Shown: positions 36,760 through 48,054 of the stretch, in pieces
Position numbering within the stretch: position 1 is the stretch's first letter
How the letters are laid out: every line of letters starts with the position of its first letter
Origin: Flavobacteriales bacterium
GTDB taxonomy: Bacteria; Bacteroidota; Bacteroidia; Flavobacteriales_F; PHOS-HE28
DNA length: 64,000 bases
Reading direction: 5' to 3'
Assembly: GCA_016703005.1 (NCBI GenBank)
Contig: JADJCX010000033.1
Span: 164,430 to 228,429, forward strand
Position numbers and translations under genes: made by a program
The notes under the pieces: model-generated
What the model saw: the letters and a program-made list of their open reading frames with translations, nothing else
What the model was told of the DNA's origin: nothing
Database searches by the model: none

Positions 36760-38163
36760 TCAGAAGTTGAGCGTTTCGGAACGGCCGGGGGCGATGGTGA
36801 GATCCTTGACGATGGAGAACTCGGTCTTGCGTGCGTTGGTGCTTCGGTAGATCACTTGGTAGCTGCCCGGCAGCAGGCGGAATTGCTGTTGCACGGAGCG
36901 CACGTCGAGATCGGTCACCCACACCAGATTGCTGCCGTCCTTCTGGAAAATGGCGCCATCGCCGGCGTTGGCCAGTTGCACGTTCAGCACACCTGGCTGC
37001 GGTATTTGCACGGGCGTAGTTACGCCTTGCTTGATCACCACATCGTTGATGCGCATGCGCGGCAGCGAGAGGATCTCCAGGTCGTAGGTGCCGGTGCGGT
37101 AGCGCTCGGTGGTGCCCATTTGTTGAACGTGCAGGATGGCTTCCGCGTCGTTGGGGTGAACAAGACACTGGATCGCCTTCGCGTCGTTCCAGCCGATCTC
37201 GTTCGGAATGCCCTGCACTTTCAGCTCCAGCCCGCCTTGTCCGGCGCTCACCGGTATTTTGTTGTGGATGCCGGGCATCAGTTTTACGTCGCTGCGTTCC
37301 ACCGGAGGGATCGAATGCACTACCAGCCTGTAGGTGAAGATGGGGTCGATGCTGAGCGTGTCGGGCACATTGCGATCGTTCATGGTGTGAACGATGTGGT
37401 ACTTCACCGAACCGGTCTTTTGGTCGTACAGCGTAACCGGCACATCGGTCTCGGTGGGTTTGCCGTCGTCTGTGAGCAGGTCGATCTCGGCGGTGGTGCT
37501 GTTGAGTGCTTGTGTTACCACCACTTGAAGCACCTGTTCGAAGAGCTCCGGTGTGCTGGCATCGTAGTAGGTGCCCACGCATTGCAGGCTGTACTTCTGG
37601 CCGTCTTCCAACCCCACGCCGATCACAAAGGGCTTCAGCACGATGCCCTTGGCTTGCAGCGCGCGGCTCACCGCACAGGGGTCTTCATCGCAGGCTTCGA
37701 TGCCGTCGGTAATGAGGATGATGATGTTCCTGACCTGTCGTCCGCCGCGCTCCAATGGCGGAAAGTCGCCGCCCGACTTCTCCAACGACCGCGCGATGGG
37801 CGTGGTACCCAAACAACGTACTTGCTCCAATGTGCGGCGGATGGAGGGAATGCTGTTCGCGCTGAAGGGTACCTCCAGTTTCGTGTCGTCGCAATCCTGC
37901 TTCCCGGCTTCAATGCGCGTTTGGTGACCATACAGCCGTAGAGCGATCTCCAGATCGGGTTGGCCTTCCAGTTCGGCGAGGCTCTTCAGCAAGAGCGTGC
38001 GCGCTGTATTGATCTTCGGCTGGTTGCCCCAGAACGCGTTCATGCTATTGCTCGCATCGAACACGAAGAGCATACGGGTGAGCGGGCGCTCCGGCTCCTG
38101 CGCCAGTGCAGCGAAGGGGAGGATGGCCGGAAGAAGCAGTACGGCTATGCGGCGGCGGAACAC
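36760..38163 (-). CDS. Secreted von Willebrand factor type A (vWA) domain protein
   Basis: Signal peptide. LFVFDASNSM (DxSxS MIDAS), IILITDG. Inserted between the two transketolase half-genes. Confidence 0.65.
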   Translation of the reverse strand: MFRRRIAVLLLPAILPFAALAQEPERPLTRMLFVFDASNSMNAFWGNQPKINTARTLLLKSLAELEGQPDLEIALRLYGHQTRIEAGKQDCDDTKLEVPFSANSIPSIRRTLEQVRCLGTTPIARSLEKSGGDFPPLERGGRQVRNIIILITDGIEACDEDPCAVSRALQAKGIVLKPFVIGVGLEDGQKYSLQCVGTYYDASTPELFEQVLQVVVTQALNSTTAEIDLLTDDGKPTETDVPVTLYDQKTGSVKYHIVHTMNDRNVPDTLSIDPIFTYRLVVHSIPPVERSDVKLMPGIHNKIPVSAGQGGLELKVQGIPNEIGWNDAKAIQCLVHPNDAEAILHVQQMGTTERYRTGTYDLEILSLPRMRINDVVIKQGVTTPVQIPQPGVLNVQLANAGDGAIFQKDGSNLVWVTDLDVRSVQQQFRLLPGSYQVIYRSTNARKTEFSIVKDLTIAPGRSETLNF

Positions 38164-38168
38164 GGTGC

Positions 38169-39047
38169 TCAGTAGTCTCCTAACGTTTCGGGAAGCTGTC
38201 CAAGTGCTTTGGCCAGCTGTTCGTCGTTAGGGGCAATACCGTGCCACTCGTGGCTGCCCACCATGAAGTCCACGCCCTGGCCCATTTCCGTGCGCATGAT
38301 GATCATCACGGGTTTGCCTTTGCCGGTGCGGCCCTTCGCATCGGCCAAGCCACGCAGCACATCGGTCATGTCGTTGCCGTTCATGTGCAATACATCCCAA
38401 CCGAACGCGCGCCACTTGGCGTCGAGGTCGCCCAAAGGCAACACCTTGTCCGTGTCGCCGTCGATCTGCCTTCCGTTGCTGTCAATGGTACTGATCAGGT
38501 TGTCCACCTTCTTGGCTGCGGCGAACATCGCCGCTTCCCAGATCTGCCCTTCCTGCAATTCGCCGTCGCCGTGCAGGGTGTACACCAGCTGCTTGTCGCC
38601 ATTCAGCTTCTTCGCCAAAGCAGCACCGATGCCCACGCTCAGCCCTTGGCCCAAGGAGCCGCTGGCCATACGCACACCGGGCAAGCCTTCGTGCGTGGTA
38701 GGGTGGCCTTGCAAGCGCGTGTTGAGTTTGCGGAAAGTTGCGAGTTCAGCCACCGGGAAGTAGCCGCTGCGCGCCAGCACGCTGTAGAACACCGGACTGA
38801 TATGCCCGTTGCTGAGGAAGAATATGTCCTGCCCACGTCCATCCATGTCAAAAACCTGCGCGTCATGCTTCAACACATTGAAGTAGAGCGCGGTGAAGAA
38901 CTCCGTGCAACCCAACGAGCCGCCCGGGTGACCGCTCTGCACCGCATGCACCATGCGCACGATGTCGCGGCGCACCTGGCTGCAGATCTTCTCCAATTGA
39001 GGGATGTCCGCTACGGATGCCGCACGGGTCATGGGTTCTTCGAGCAT
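38169..39047 (-). CDS. Transketolase, N-terminal (thiamine diphosphate-binding) subunit
   Basis: HAVQSGHPGGSLGCTEFFTALY...GHPTT...GSLGQGLSVGIGAALA...HGDGELQEGQIWEA. Confidence 0.8.
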   Translation of the reverse strand: MLEEPMTRAASVADIPQLEKICSQVRRDIVRMVHAVQSGHPGGSLGCTEFFTALYFNVLKHDAQVFDMDGRGQDIFFLSNGHISPVFYSVLARSGYFPVAELATFRKLNTRLQGHPTTHEGLPGVRMASGSLGQGLSVGIGAALAKKLNGDKQLVYTLHGDGELQEGQIWEAAMFAAAKKVDNLISTIDSNGRQIDGDTDKVLPLGDLDAKWRAFGWDVLHMNGNDMTDVLRGLADAKGRTGKGKPVMIIMRTEMGQGVDFMVGSHEWHGIAPNDEQLAKALGQLPETLGDY

Positions 39048-39206
39048 GTATGGGTGGGAAGGCCGCCGAAAGTACCCGGCCCCCCTGCGCGCCTCCGGTG
39101 ATCGTTGAAAAAGAACCGGGCGTGTGGATAATTCCCCGAGGAAATGCGGGCCTCAGACCACGGGCTTCTGGCTTCAGGCATTTCAGTGCACGCCTTTGGT
39201 CATATG

Positions 39207-39395
39207 CACGTTGCCCTTAGCCATTGGCCTCCCTCCGCATTGTCATCCCGAGAAGTCTGCGACGAGGATCTCTCTTCACACGGATGATCCTGTTCCCGAG
39301 AGATCCTTCCTCCTCGATGACTCGTCGTCTGGATGACAGAGCCTGCTCCCCGCTTACTACTCACTACTCACGACTCCCAACTCACGACTCCTACT
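39207..39395. repeat. Copy B of the structured intergenic repeat family
   Basis: cgttgccc...cctccgcattgtcatcccgagaagtctgcgacgagg...cccgagagatccttcctcctcgatgactcgtcgtctggatgacagagcctgctccccgct...cactactcacgactcc. The tail overlaps the stop codon of the 39391-39780 gene. Confidence 0.6.
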
Positions 39396-39780
39396 CCCCG
39401 CTATACAACTGCTTCACGTCCTCCTTGCTCAGTTCGATGAGCGTGAACACGCCGAGGGCGGTGCCGAGGGGGAAGCTGAGGCAATCGATACCGGCCACCA
39501 CCATGCTGAAGACGCGGCCCTTGCGCTTGCCGATGTTGCGCGCGCTGATGATGTTCAGCACGGCGAAGAACAGTACGAACAACGCGATCGCCCAGCCCAT
39601 TGCGCCCATTACGCTGCCGACAACGGCCGGTGCCGCTTCGCCGCTCTGCTGTGCAACGAAGTCGCTTTGCAGAAAGCCGCCCATTGTGTTGAAAACGATG
39701 AAGATCACCAGTGCTCCGAGGGCTTCGAACGCACCATAGACATAGTGCAGGATCTCCAATGTGCGTAGGTTGTTTTTCAT
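39391..39780 (-). CDS. Small multi-TM membrane protein (hypothetical)
   Basis: 129 aa with three hydrophobic helices, flanked on both sides by repeat copies B and C. Confidence 0.5.
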   Translation of the reverse strand: MKNNLRTLEILHYVYGAFEALGALVIFIVFNTMGGFLQSDFVAQQSGEAAPAVVGSVMGAMGWAIALFVLFFAVLNIISARNIGKRKGRVFSMVVAGIDCLSFPLGTALGVFTLIELSKEDVKQLYSGE

Positions 39781-39922
39781 GATGGGGGTTGGTTCTTGGG
39801 TGTGAAATTGATCGCCGCAACAACGCGTTCAGCGCGGGCTACATGAACGGCTGCGGGTGACGAGCAGCGGAACGCAGAGGGCTTCGAGCCATGAGCCATG
39901 AGCCGCGAACTTCTCGGCGCAC

Positions 39923-40050
39923 AGCGTTGCCCCCCTCCGCATTGTCATCCCGGTCCCGTTCCCGAGAGTTCCTTCCTCCTCGATGACTCGTCGTCCGGAT
40001 GACAGAGCTGCTCCCCGCTCACGACTCACTACTCACGACTCCTTTCATTC
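39923..40050. repeat. Copy C (shorter variant) of the structured intergenic repeat family
   Basis: cgttgcccccctccgcattgtcatcccg[deletion]ttcccgagagttccttcctcctcgatgactcgtcgtccggatgacagagctgctccccgctcacgactcactactcacgactcc. Confidence 0.6.
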
Positions 40051-40101
40051 CGCTCTGGCACAGCCCTTGCCAACCCCCGGCCGCGGACAAAACCGCAACG
40101 C

Positions 40102-40713
40102 ATGAAAAAGCTATTCCTGTCCTTCGCTGTTGTAGCACTGGCCGGTACGGCCAACGCCCAGGTCCAATTCAACCCACAAGTGGGCCTCAACTACCAAACG
40201 CTCACCAACCCGCCCGCTGGCGCCACCTACGGTGCGCGCGCCGGATTCCTGCTCGGTACCGACTTCCGCTTCGGCAACCGGGCCTATTTCCAACCCGGTG
40301 TGTTCATCGGTCGCAACAACACGTTCTTCAGCTACAACGACAGCACGTTGGCGCAAGGCAACATCGTACGCACCAACTTGAAAATGAAGGCCCTCGTCGG
40401 CTACCGCATCATCGATACCTACCAGTTCGATATGCGCTTCGGTATCGGCCCCACATACGATGTGCTGCTGAGCACCGACGTGAAGAACAGTGAGAACATC
40501 GCATGGAACGGCGGCGACTTCAACAAGGGCAGCTGGAACATCGACGCGGCCCTCGGCTTCGACATGGGCCACTTCACGCTGGAGCCCGGCGTAAGCTTCG
40601 GCCTCAGTCGTGCCTTCAACGACAACCTCAATGTGCAGGACATCGACAGCCGGTACATCAGCTACGGCCTCACCATCGGCTTCAACTTCGGCGACGACGA
40701 CAAGAACGATTGA
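40102..40713 (+). CDS. Outer-membrane beta-barrel protein (OmpW/porin-like)
   Basis: Signal peptide MKKLFLSFAVVALAGTANAQ. Alternating beta strands. C-terminal ISYGLTIGFNF. Confidence 0.65.
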   Translation: MKKLFLSFAVVALAGTANAQVQFNPQVGLNYQTLTNPPAGATYGARAGFLLGTDFRFGNRAYFQPGVFIGRNNTFFSYNDSTLAQGNIVRTNLKMKALVGYRIIDTYQFDMRFGIGPTYDVLLSTDVKNSENIAWNGGDFNKGSWNIDAALGFDMGHFTLEPGVSFGLSRAFNDNLNVQDIDSRYISYGLTIGFNFGDDDKND

Positions 40714-40752
40714 ACCCATTAGCGCGAGCGCCAGCCGCCAGCATTGCAACGT

Positions 40753-40787
40753 AAAGAGCCGCCTCACCCGAGGCGGCTCTTTTGCTT
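40753..40787. terminator. Rho-independent terminator
   Basis: aaagagccgcctc-accc-gaggcggctcttt followed by TTTGCTT. Confidence 0.6.
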
Positions 40788-40810
40788 GGGCGCGGGCATC
40801 GAGCTTCCAC

Positions 40811-40993
40811 CTAAGCGCCCAACGTTCGCAAGGCTTCGTACACCAGGAAAGCAGGCCACACTAACGCTTTGAGTAAGCCCACGACGCCCACCCAGAACCC
40901 GGTGGCGTGCGAGATATAATAGATGAGCGCCCCGATGAACCCGAGCCCATACACGGCGCTGCTGGGTGCATGCTGTTGGATCTCTTTTTTCAT
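40811..40993 (-). CDS. Small membrane protein (hypothetical, ~60 aa)
   Basis: MKKEIQQHAPSSAVYGLGFIGALIYYISHATGFWVGVVGLLKALVWPAFLVYEALRTLGA is two TM helices. The upstream part of the ORF looks like non-coding read-through. Confidence 0.35.
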   Translation of the reverse strand: MKKEIQQHAPSSAVYGLGFIGALIYYISHATGFWVGVVGLLKALVWPAFLVYEALRTLGA

Positions 40994-41135
40994 GTGCGTG
41001 GGTTGTTGCGCCGAACTTCGGCAGCGGTCGCGGCCGGCGTGCTGACTTCCGTCAATTGCTGGGCTGGGCAAGGCCGAACAGGATGGCGGGGGAGGCCCGA
41101 GGGGACAGTGAACCATCCGATCCCACTCCTCTATC

Positions 41136-42914
41136 TTGCCCGCTGTGCGCAACGCCAGTATGACCGTGCTCATCACCGCCGTCACCCTGTTGGTCATCGC
41201 CCTCGGCGCCGGGTTGCTGTCGCGCGCGTCCTTCACATCAGTGCGCGGCTACTTGGATACGGTGGCGCCCGATGGCGAAGTAGAGCACTACACGCCGGCC
41301 ATGCACGAAGGTGCGACCCGCAACGCCGGATGGGCCGCGTGGATCGCCGGGACGCTGGGTGTTCTGTTGCTTTCGGGGCGCCGAATGGTTTCGCGTCGTG
41401 TTCGGTCACAAGGACCGGCGTGGGCCACCTTCAAAGCCGATGCATGGACGGCCACCGGGAGATCGCGACGGGGGAAGGACGATGACCAGCGCATGTGGGT
41501 CTTCCTGCTGATCGGCATCGGAGCGGTGTTGCGCATTTGGCAGTTGGGTGCGCCGGTGATCTACGACGAAGCCTTCACCTATACCTACTACGCGTCTCGG
41601 CCCATCAGCGTCATCCTCAGCGACTACTCGTATCCCAACAACCACATCCTGCACACATTGCTGGTGAAGCTGAGCACTGCGGTCTTCGGCGTGGGCCTCT
41701 GGCAGATCAGGCTGCCCGCCTTGCTGGCGGGTATTGCGATGATGCCGCTGTGCTACCTCTTCGTGCGCGCCATGTTCAACCGGTATATCGCGCTGATGAC
41801 CTTGGCACTGGTGGCCGCCAGCGGTTGCCTCATCGAGTACAGCGCATTGGGTCGTGGATACAGCCTCACGTGGTTCTTCTTCATGGCGGCGCTGGTGGCA
41901 GGCCGGCACTTCGTGAAGACCAACAACGCGGTGAGCGCCGTGGCCGTCGGCATCTGCTGCGCGCTGGGCATGTGGACGGTGCCCACGATGATCTACCCCG
42001 CGCTGACGGTTTACCTCTGGTTGATGTTCTACCTGAGCGGCAAATACGAAAGCAGTTTGCGTCAACGTGTCCTGAAACTCGTGCTCTCGTTCGTGGTCTT
42101 CGTTCTGCTCACCGGGCTGTTCTATTCGCCTGTGCTGGTGGTGTATGGTTTGCCGCAGCTCACCAGCCATCCCGAACTCGGTGTGGTCACTTGGGAAATG
42201 TTCGCCTACACGCACCAGGACAAGAGCTTCGACTTCTGGGTGCACGTGGTGGATACCAGCAGCACCTGGGTTGCCTTCGCCGGATTCGCCGGTATCATCT
42301 ACGCGGCGTTCATCACCAGCAAATTCAGGAAACTGTTCATCGCCATGGCCTTGGGTACGGTGCCCTTGGTGATCTTACAGATGAACGTGGCCCCGCCGCG
42401 CACGTGGTATTGGACATTGATCGTGTTCCACATCTCCAGTGCGGTGGCGTTGTTTTACCTGTTGAAGTTCATCCAGGAGAAACTCGCACCACGTTTCCAG
42501 AAGAACATGCGCACGGTGATCGCCTCCATGTTCTTGGTCGTATTCACGGGCATTCTCAGTATGACATCGCTTCCGCGCGGGAACGATCTGCCGCGTTATC
42601 CAGAAGCGGCGCTCGCGGCCGAATACTTGGCCACGGTGGTGCAACCCGGCGACTTGGTACTGATGCAATTCCCATGGGAAGCTCCCATTGAGTTCAGCTG
42701 TTTGGCCGAGGGGATCGACCGCGACCGGCTGCATGTGCCCGGCAACGCGCGACCGGTCCCGGGAACTCGCTTGTTCGTGCTGTTGAGCCCTGCCAGCAGC
42801 CAGACGCCCGCAACGGTGCTACAGCACTATGTGATAGCGCCGGAGACGGTGGCCTTCGGCACGAAGCTGAAAGACTGGATGCGGTTGGAGATCCACGGAG
42901 CGGTGGTGCGATAG
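41136..42914 (+). CDS. Glycosyltransferase family 39-like (ArnT/PMT-type) integral membrane protein
   Basis: Multi-TM. IRLPALLAGIAMMPLCYLFVRAMFNRYIALMTLALVAASG resembles the GT39 (PMT_2) loop/helix pattern. Start uncertain. Confidence 0.55.
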   Translation: MPAVRNASMTVLITAVTLLVIALGAGLLSRASFTSVRGYLDTVAPDGEVEHYTPAMHEGATRNAGWAAWIAGTLGVLLLSGRRMVSRRVRSQGPAWATFKADAWTATGRSRRGKDDDQRMWVFLLIGIGAVLRIWQLGAPVIYDEAFTYTYYASRPISVILSDYSYPNNHILHTLLVKLSTAVFGVGLWQIRLPALLAGIAMMPLCYLFVRAMFNRYIALMTLALVAASGCLIEYSALGRGYSLTWFFFMAALVAGRHFVKTNNAVSAVAVGICCALGMWTVPTMIYPALTVYLWLMFYLSGKYESSLRQRVLKLVLSFVVFVLLTGLFYSPVLVVYGLPQLTSHPELGVVTWEMFAYTHQDKSFDFWVHVVDTSSTWVAFAGFAGIIYAAFITSKFRKLFIAMALGTVPLVILQMNVAPPRTWYWTLIVFHISSAVALFYLLKFIQEKLAPRFQKNMRTVIASMFLVVFTGILSMTSLPRGNDLPRYPEAALAAEYLATVVQPGDLVLMQFPWEAPIEFSCLAEGIDRDRLHVPGNARPVPGTRLFVLLSPASSQTPATVLQHYVIAPETVAFGTKLKDWMRLEIHGAVVR

Positions 42915-42970
42915 CGCACAACTTTCCGCGTTTACCGCGACATTCGCGGCCCGAAACAACGCAGCATACA

Positions 42971-44665
<1,695 letters not shown>

Positions 44666-44757
44666 GAACTACGTACCACTACAAAGCAGAAGCCCCTCTT
44701 TCGAGGGGCTTCGCTATTTCCGTGCAGTGTCTCTACCAAAGCACGGGAATGGGTTGA

Positions 44758-45711
44758 TCAAGGCATCTGCGCTGTCCGGATGTTCGTGGGTACCGAGCCG
44801 CCCACGTTCTGGAGGATGGGATCGCGATCGTTGTCGGCCCCCACGTACTTCACCACGCCATCCATGTTCACGTCCGCGGGATGGTAGCCGTTCACCGTGT
44901 TGGTGGGAACCACCCCACCGATCGCCACAAGGATGGGATCGCGGTCGTTGTTGGCGCCCACGTATTTCAGCAGGCCATCGAAGTCCGTGTTGCCCGACCA
45001 CATCACGTGGGTACCAGCGATGAGCTGTTGCGCATCCGTTCCATAGGTGGGCGTGCTGCCGTTGGTGAGGTTGATGGTTGCGCTTGTGCTCGTGAGCGCG
45101 ACCGTATTCAGGGTCATTACCGCCAGATGATTCCGATGGCGAAGGGCGATGAAGTAGGCGTCTGCCGACAACGGGAAGCGCACCGGTGAGAAGCCGTCCA
45201 TCTCCACCACATCGCCATCGGCCTGCAGCAATGCGCTGCGACTGTGCAGCACGTTGGCATTGTCATTCTTGTCGCGCAATTCCAGCACCACCCAATCGAT
45301 GATGGCATTGCTTCCGGGGAGATCGATGATGGGCTGCGTGGTGCTTTCGCCGCCACCGCCCACGAAGGTGTAGCCCAGAGCGGTGTAAGGTTCGTTCAGC
45401 GGCAACAGCCCGCTGACGCGCAGGCCATCGCTCATCGCTCCGCTTGTGTAAGGGCCTTGCAAGAAGGCCTTCACGTTCACGAGCACGCGCACGGCGCTGG
45501 ACTGCTGGTAGCCTTGCGTTACCTGTCCGCCGGGAACAGTGCCTGTCCCAATGATCGGTTCACCTATCGACCAACTGATGGTGTTGTTCGGCAGCACGGT
45601 GGTGCCGCCATCGGTGCCGATGAGGACTTGCGCGCGCAGCCCGTTGACCAGCGCGAGCAGTGCGATCGCGATCACGCTGCGCAAAGCGCTTCGATGTGTT
45701 CGTGTGTTCAT
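44758..45711 (-). CDS. Secreted hypothetical protein
   Basis: Signal peptide MNTRTHRSALRSVIAIALLALVNGLRAQ. No recognised domain. Confidence 0.45.
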   Translation of the reverse strand: MNTRTHRSALRSVIAIALLALVNGLRAQVLIGTDGGTTVLPNNTISWSIGEPIIGTGTVPGGQVTQGYQQSSAVRVLVNVKAFLQGPYTSGAMSDGLRVSGLLPLNEPYTALGYTFVGGGGESTTQPIIDLPGSNAIIDWVVLELRDKNDNANVLHSRSALLQADGDVVEMDGFSPVRFPLSADAYFIALRHRNHLAVMTLNTVALTSTSATINLTNGSTPTYGTDAQQLIAGTHVMWSGNTDFDGLLKYVGANNDRDPILVAIGGVVPTNTVNGYHPADVNMDGVVKYVGADNDRDPILQNVGGSVPTNIRTAQMP

Positions 45712-45860
45712 GGTCCCGTGTGTTGTGGGGATGATCACGATCACTTGTGGCTCTGTGCTTCCAACACGCTGCGCAACTGCTGCATCAGCGCGGTGTTCGC
45801 GTCCAGTTGCGCGCGGATGGCGTTGAGGGCCTCGTCCTTTGCCGCGTTCCCCGCGCGCAA

Positions 45861-46655
45861 TCATACGATCTCGGCCTGTTGCGCCCCGATCATCGCGTTC
45901 AGCTCCTTCACCGCATTCACGAGCATGTAGGTCATGGCGCTGTTGTCCACTTCCAGGTATTCCGTGCCATCGATCACCAGTGTGTCGATCATGTAAGGTG
46001 CCACCTCGCGGAGTTGTTGCGCGATCACGCCCACGTACTCAATGGTCGTATCGGTCTTGGCCAGGCTGTTGTACCGGAAGTGCACGGGCTCAATGGCCAG
46101 TACGGCGCCCAGGCCATCGCCGTACGGCCGCACATCGCGCTTCAAGCGTTGATCGGAGAACACGGCCCATGAGCCGCCGCCGGTCTTGTTCGCCGAGCCG
46201 TTCACGCTAAGCAGGGCCGTGGGCCCCAGGGTACCGATGCCCACGTTGCCGCTGGCCGTTAGGGTCATCACAGATAAGGTGTTGGTGATGAAGGTCAGGT
46301 CATGCGCGCTCCTCGTACCGAACCATGCTGAAGCATTGCCAGGGAAATAGGAACCCAAGATGATATTGCCATCCGTATGGCTAAATCCACCGCCGACGCC
46401 TGGTGTACGTACAGTGAGTTTATCGGTGGATGTTGTTGTGCCGATCCCCACGTTGCCGTTGGTCAACAAGGTGATCTGGGGGCTGCTATTGTTGGTGAAG
46501 AAGCTCAGGCTGTGGTTGCTCTTCGTGCCCAACCATCCTCCACTGGTGCTCCCCCACATAGGACCCCACGGTGATCGTACCATCGGTATGGGTGAACCCG
46601 AAGTTGCTGGTGGCCGTTCGCACGGTGAGCTTATCGGTGGGTGCGTTCGTACCAA
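45861..46655 (-). CDS. C-terminal fragment of the giant protein with tail-fibre intramolecular-chaperone (peptidase S74-like) domain
   Basis: GGSWAVFSDQRLKRDVRPYGDGLGAVLAIEPVHFRYN...EYVGVIAQQLREVAPYMI resembles the auto-cleaving C-terminal chaperone of phage tail fibres/endosialidases. Confidence 0.55.
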   Translation of the reverse strand: MVRTHPPISSPCERPPATSGSPIPMVRSPWGPMWGSTSGGWLGTKSNHSLSFFTNNSSPQITLLTNGNVGIGTTTSTDKLTVRTPGVGGGFSHTDGNIILGSYFPGNASAWFGTRSAHDLTFITNTLSVMTLTASGNVGIGTLGPTALLSVNGSANKTGGGSWAVFSDQRLKRDVRPYGDGLGAVLAIEPVHFRYNSLAKTDTTIEYVGVIAQQLREVAPYMIDTLVIDGTEYLEVDNSAMTYMLVNAVKELNAMIGAQQAEIV

Positions 46656-48054
46656 TACCCACGTTGCCTTCGACGATCGCTCCGTTCGTGGGTGCGGCTG
46701 TTGTACCGGAGAAGTTGGCGCCTACGGCCATGCCGCCTTCCACATCCAATTTGCTGGCAGGCGTGGTGGTGCCGATGCCCACGTTCGTTCCATCGTCGGT
46801 CATCACGCCATCGGTGAGTGTGGTGCCGTTCCACTTGGGCACCTGGTTCGTTGTGGCGCTGCTCACCTGCGGGTCCGTTTCAGCCGCCACGTTCTGCCAA
46901 GTGGCCGCACCGTTCGCATCCGAAGTGAGTACGCGGCCAGCGGCTTGTGTGCCATCGGCGATGCGCACGTTGCCCGCTACATGCAACTTGGCTGCGGGCG
47001 CGGTGGTGCCGATGCCGACGTTGCCTTCGATGATGGCTCCGTTCGCCGGTGCGGCTGTTGTACCGGAGTAGGTGGCGCCTACGGCCATGCCTCCTTCCAC
47101 ATCCAATTTGCTGGCGGGCGTGGTGGTGCCGATGCCCACGTTGCCCGTCGCATCTTCCACCATGGCGGCATCACCGAGAATGGTTCCCGTATTGCCGAAT
47201 TTGGCCAGGTGGTTCAAGGTGCCGTTGGCGTTCACCGCCGGGCCTACGGCACCTTGTGGGCCGACGGGGCCTTGCGGACCAACGGCCTTGCCGGCATTGA
47301 TCACGCTGGCATCGCTCAGCGTTACGTAGAGCGAATCGTTGGTGATCGCTGCGGTCGTTACCGATACCCCTTGCGGGCCGGTGGGGCCCGTGGATCCCGT
47401 GGGACCTTGCACACCCGTTGGGCCTTGGTCGCCTACCTCGCCAGCGATGCTCGCCGCCCATGAGCTGTATGTGCCGGAACCCATGGTCCTGTCCACCAGC
47501 ACCGTGATGTTAGCCACTCCGCCGCTGGTGATGTTCCCTTCCATCCATAGAGCCGTAGTGGGGTAAACGCTGATGCGTACACGGGAACCTATGTTATAGG
47601 CGGTGTTCCGGTCCAACGCGAACGACTTTGAACCGGTGCCGATGGTCTGCGAGGTGAAGGAAAAGGCGTAGTAGCCAGGACCCGATGCTCCAGTTGCTCC
47701 ATTGGACCCGTTCATACCGGTTATGGCGATGGTCCATGGGCTATACGTACCTGAGCCGAGCGCTCCTTGTAGCGATACTGACATGGATGTCCCGCTGGGG
47801 GTGTATGCAGTGACAGTACCGAACATGTAGTGTGTCGTGGGGTTGCCGGTCCTGCTGATCCTTACGTTATCGCCCACTTGATAAGCCAGGCCCGTTTGCG
47901 TGGCGAACGTGATAGTGCCACTTGGGGCAATGGTCATTGCCGTTGTGGACGTTGCGTAGTACCCCGGCCCAGTGGCTCCTTGCGGTCCTGTTGCTCCTGT
48001 TGCACCCGTTGCTCCTGTTGCGCCTACCGCTCCTTGCGGCCCTGTAGCGCCCAC
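46486..48054 (-). CDS. Central/C-proximal fragment of the giant protein (collagen-like Gly-X-Y tracts and beta-helix repeats)
   Basis: GATGATGATGATGPQGATGP, GPTGVQGPTGSTGPTGPQG, GPQGPVGPQGAVGP. GNVGIGTTTPASKLDVEGGMAVGA appears twice. Confidence 0.6.
   Translation of the reverse strand: MGATGPQGAVGATGATGATGATGPQGATGPGYYATSTTAMTIAPSGTITFATQTGLAYQVGDNVRISRTGNPTTHYMFGTVTAYTPSGTSMSVSLQGALGSGTYSPWTIAITGMNGSNGATGASGPGYYAFSFTSQTIGTGSKSFALDRNTAYNIGSRVRISVYPTTALWMEGNITSGGVANITVLVDRTMGSGTYSSWAASIAGEVGDQGPTGVQGPTGSTGPTGPQGVSVTTAAITNDSLYVTLSDASVINAGKAVGPQGPVGPQGAVGPAVNANGTLNHLAKFGNTGTILGDAAMVEDATGNVGIGTTTPASKLDVEGGMAVGATYSGTTAAPANGAIIEGNVGIGTTAPAAKLHVAGNVRIADGTQAAGRVLTSDANGAATWQNVAAETDPQVSSATTNQVPKWNGTTLTDGVMTDDGTNVGIGTTTPASKLDVEGGMAVGANFSGTTAAPTNGAIVEGNVGIGTNAPTDKLTVRTATSNFGFTHTDGTITVGSYVGEHQWRMVGHEEQPQPELLHQQ

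Noticed and set aside
35869-37941. 690-aa + strand ORF
   Set aside because: It is antisense to the well-supported transketolase C-subunit and vWA genes. It is Arg/Ala/Gly-rich shadow translation.
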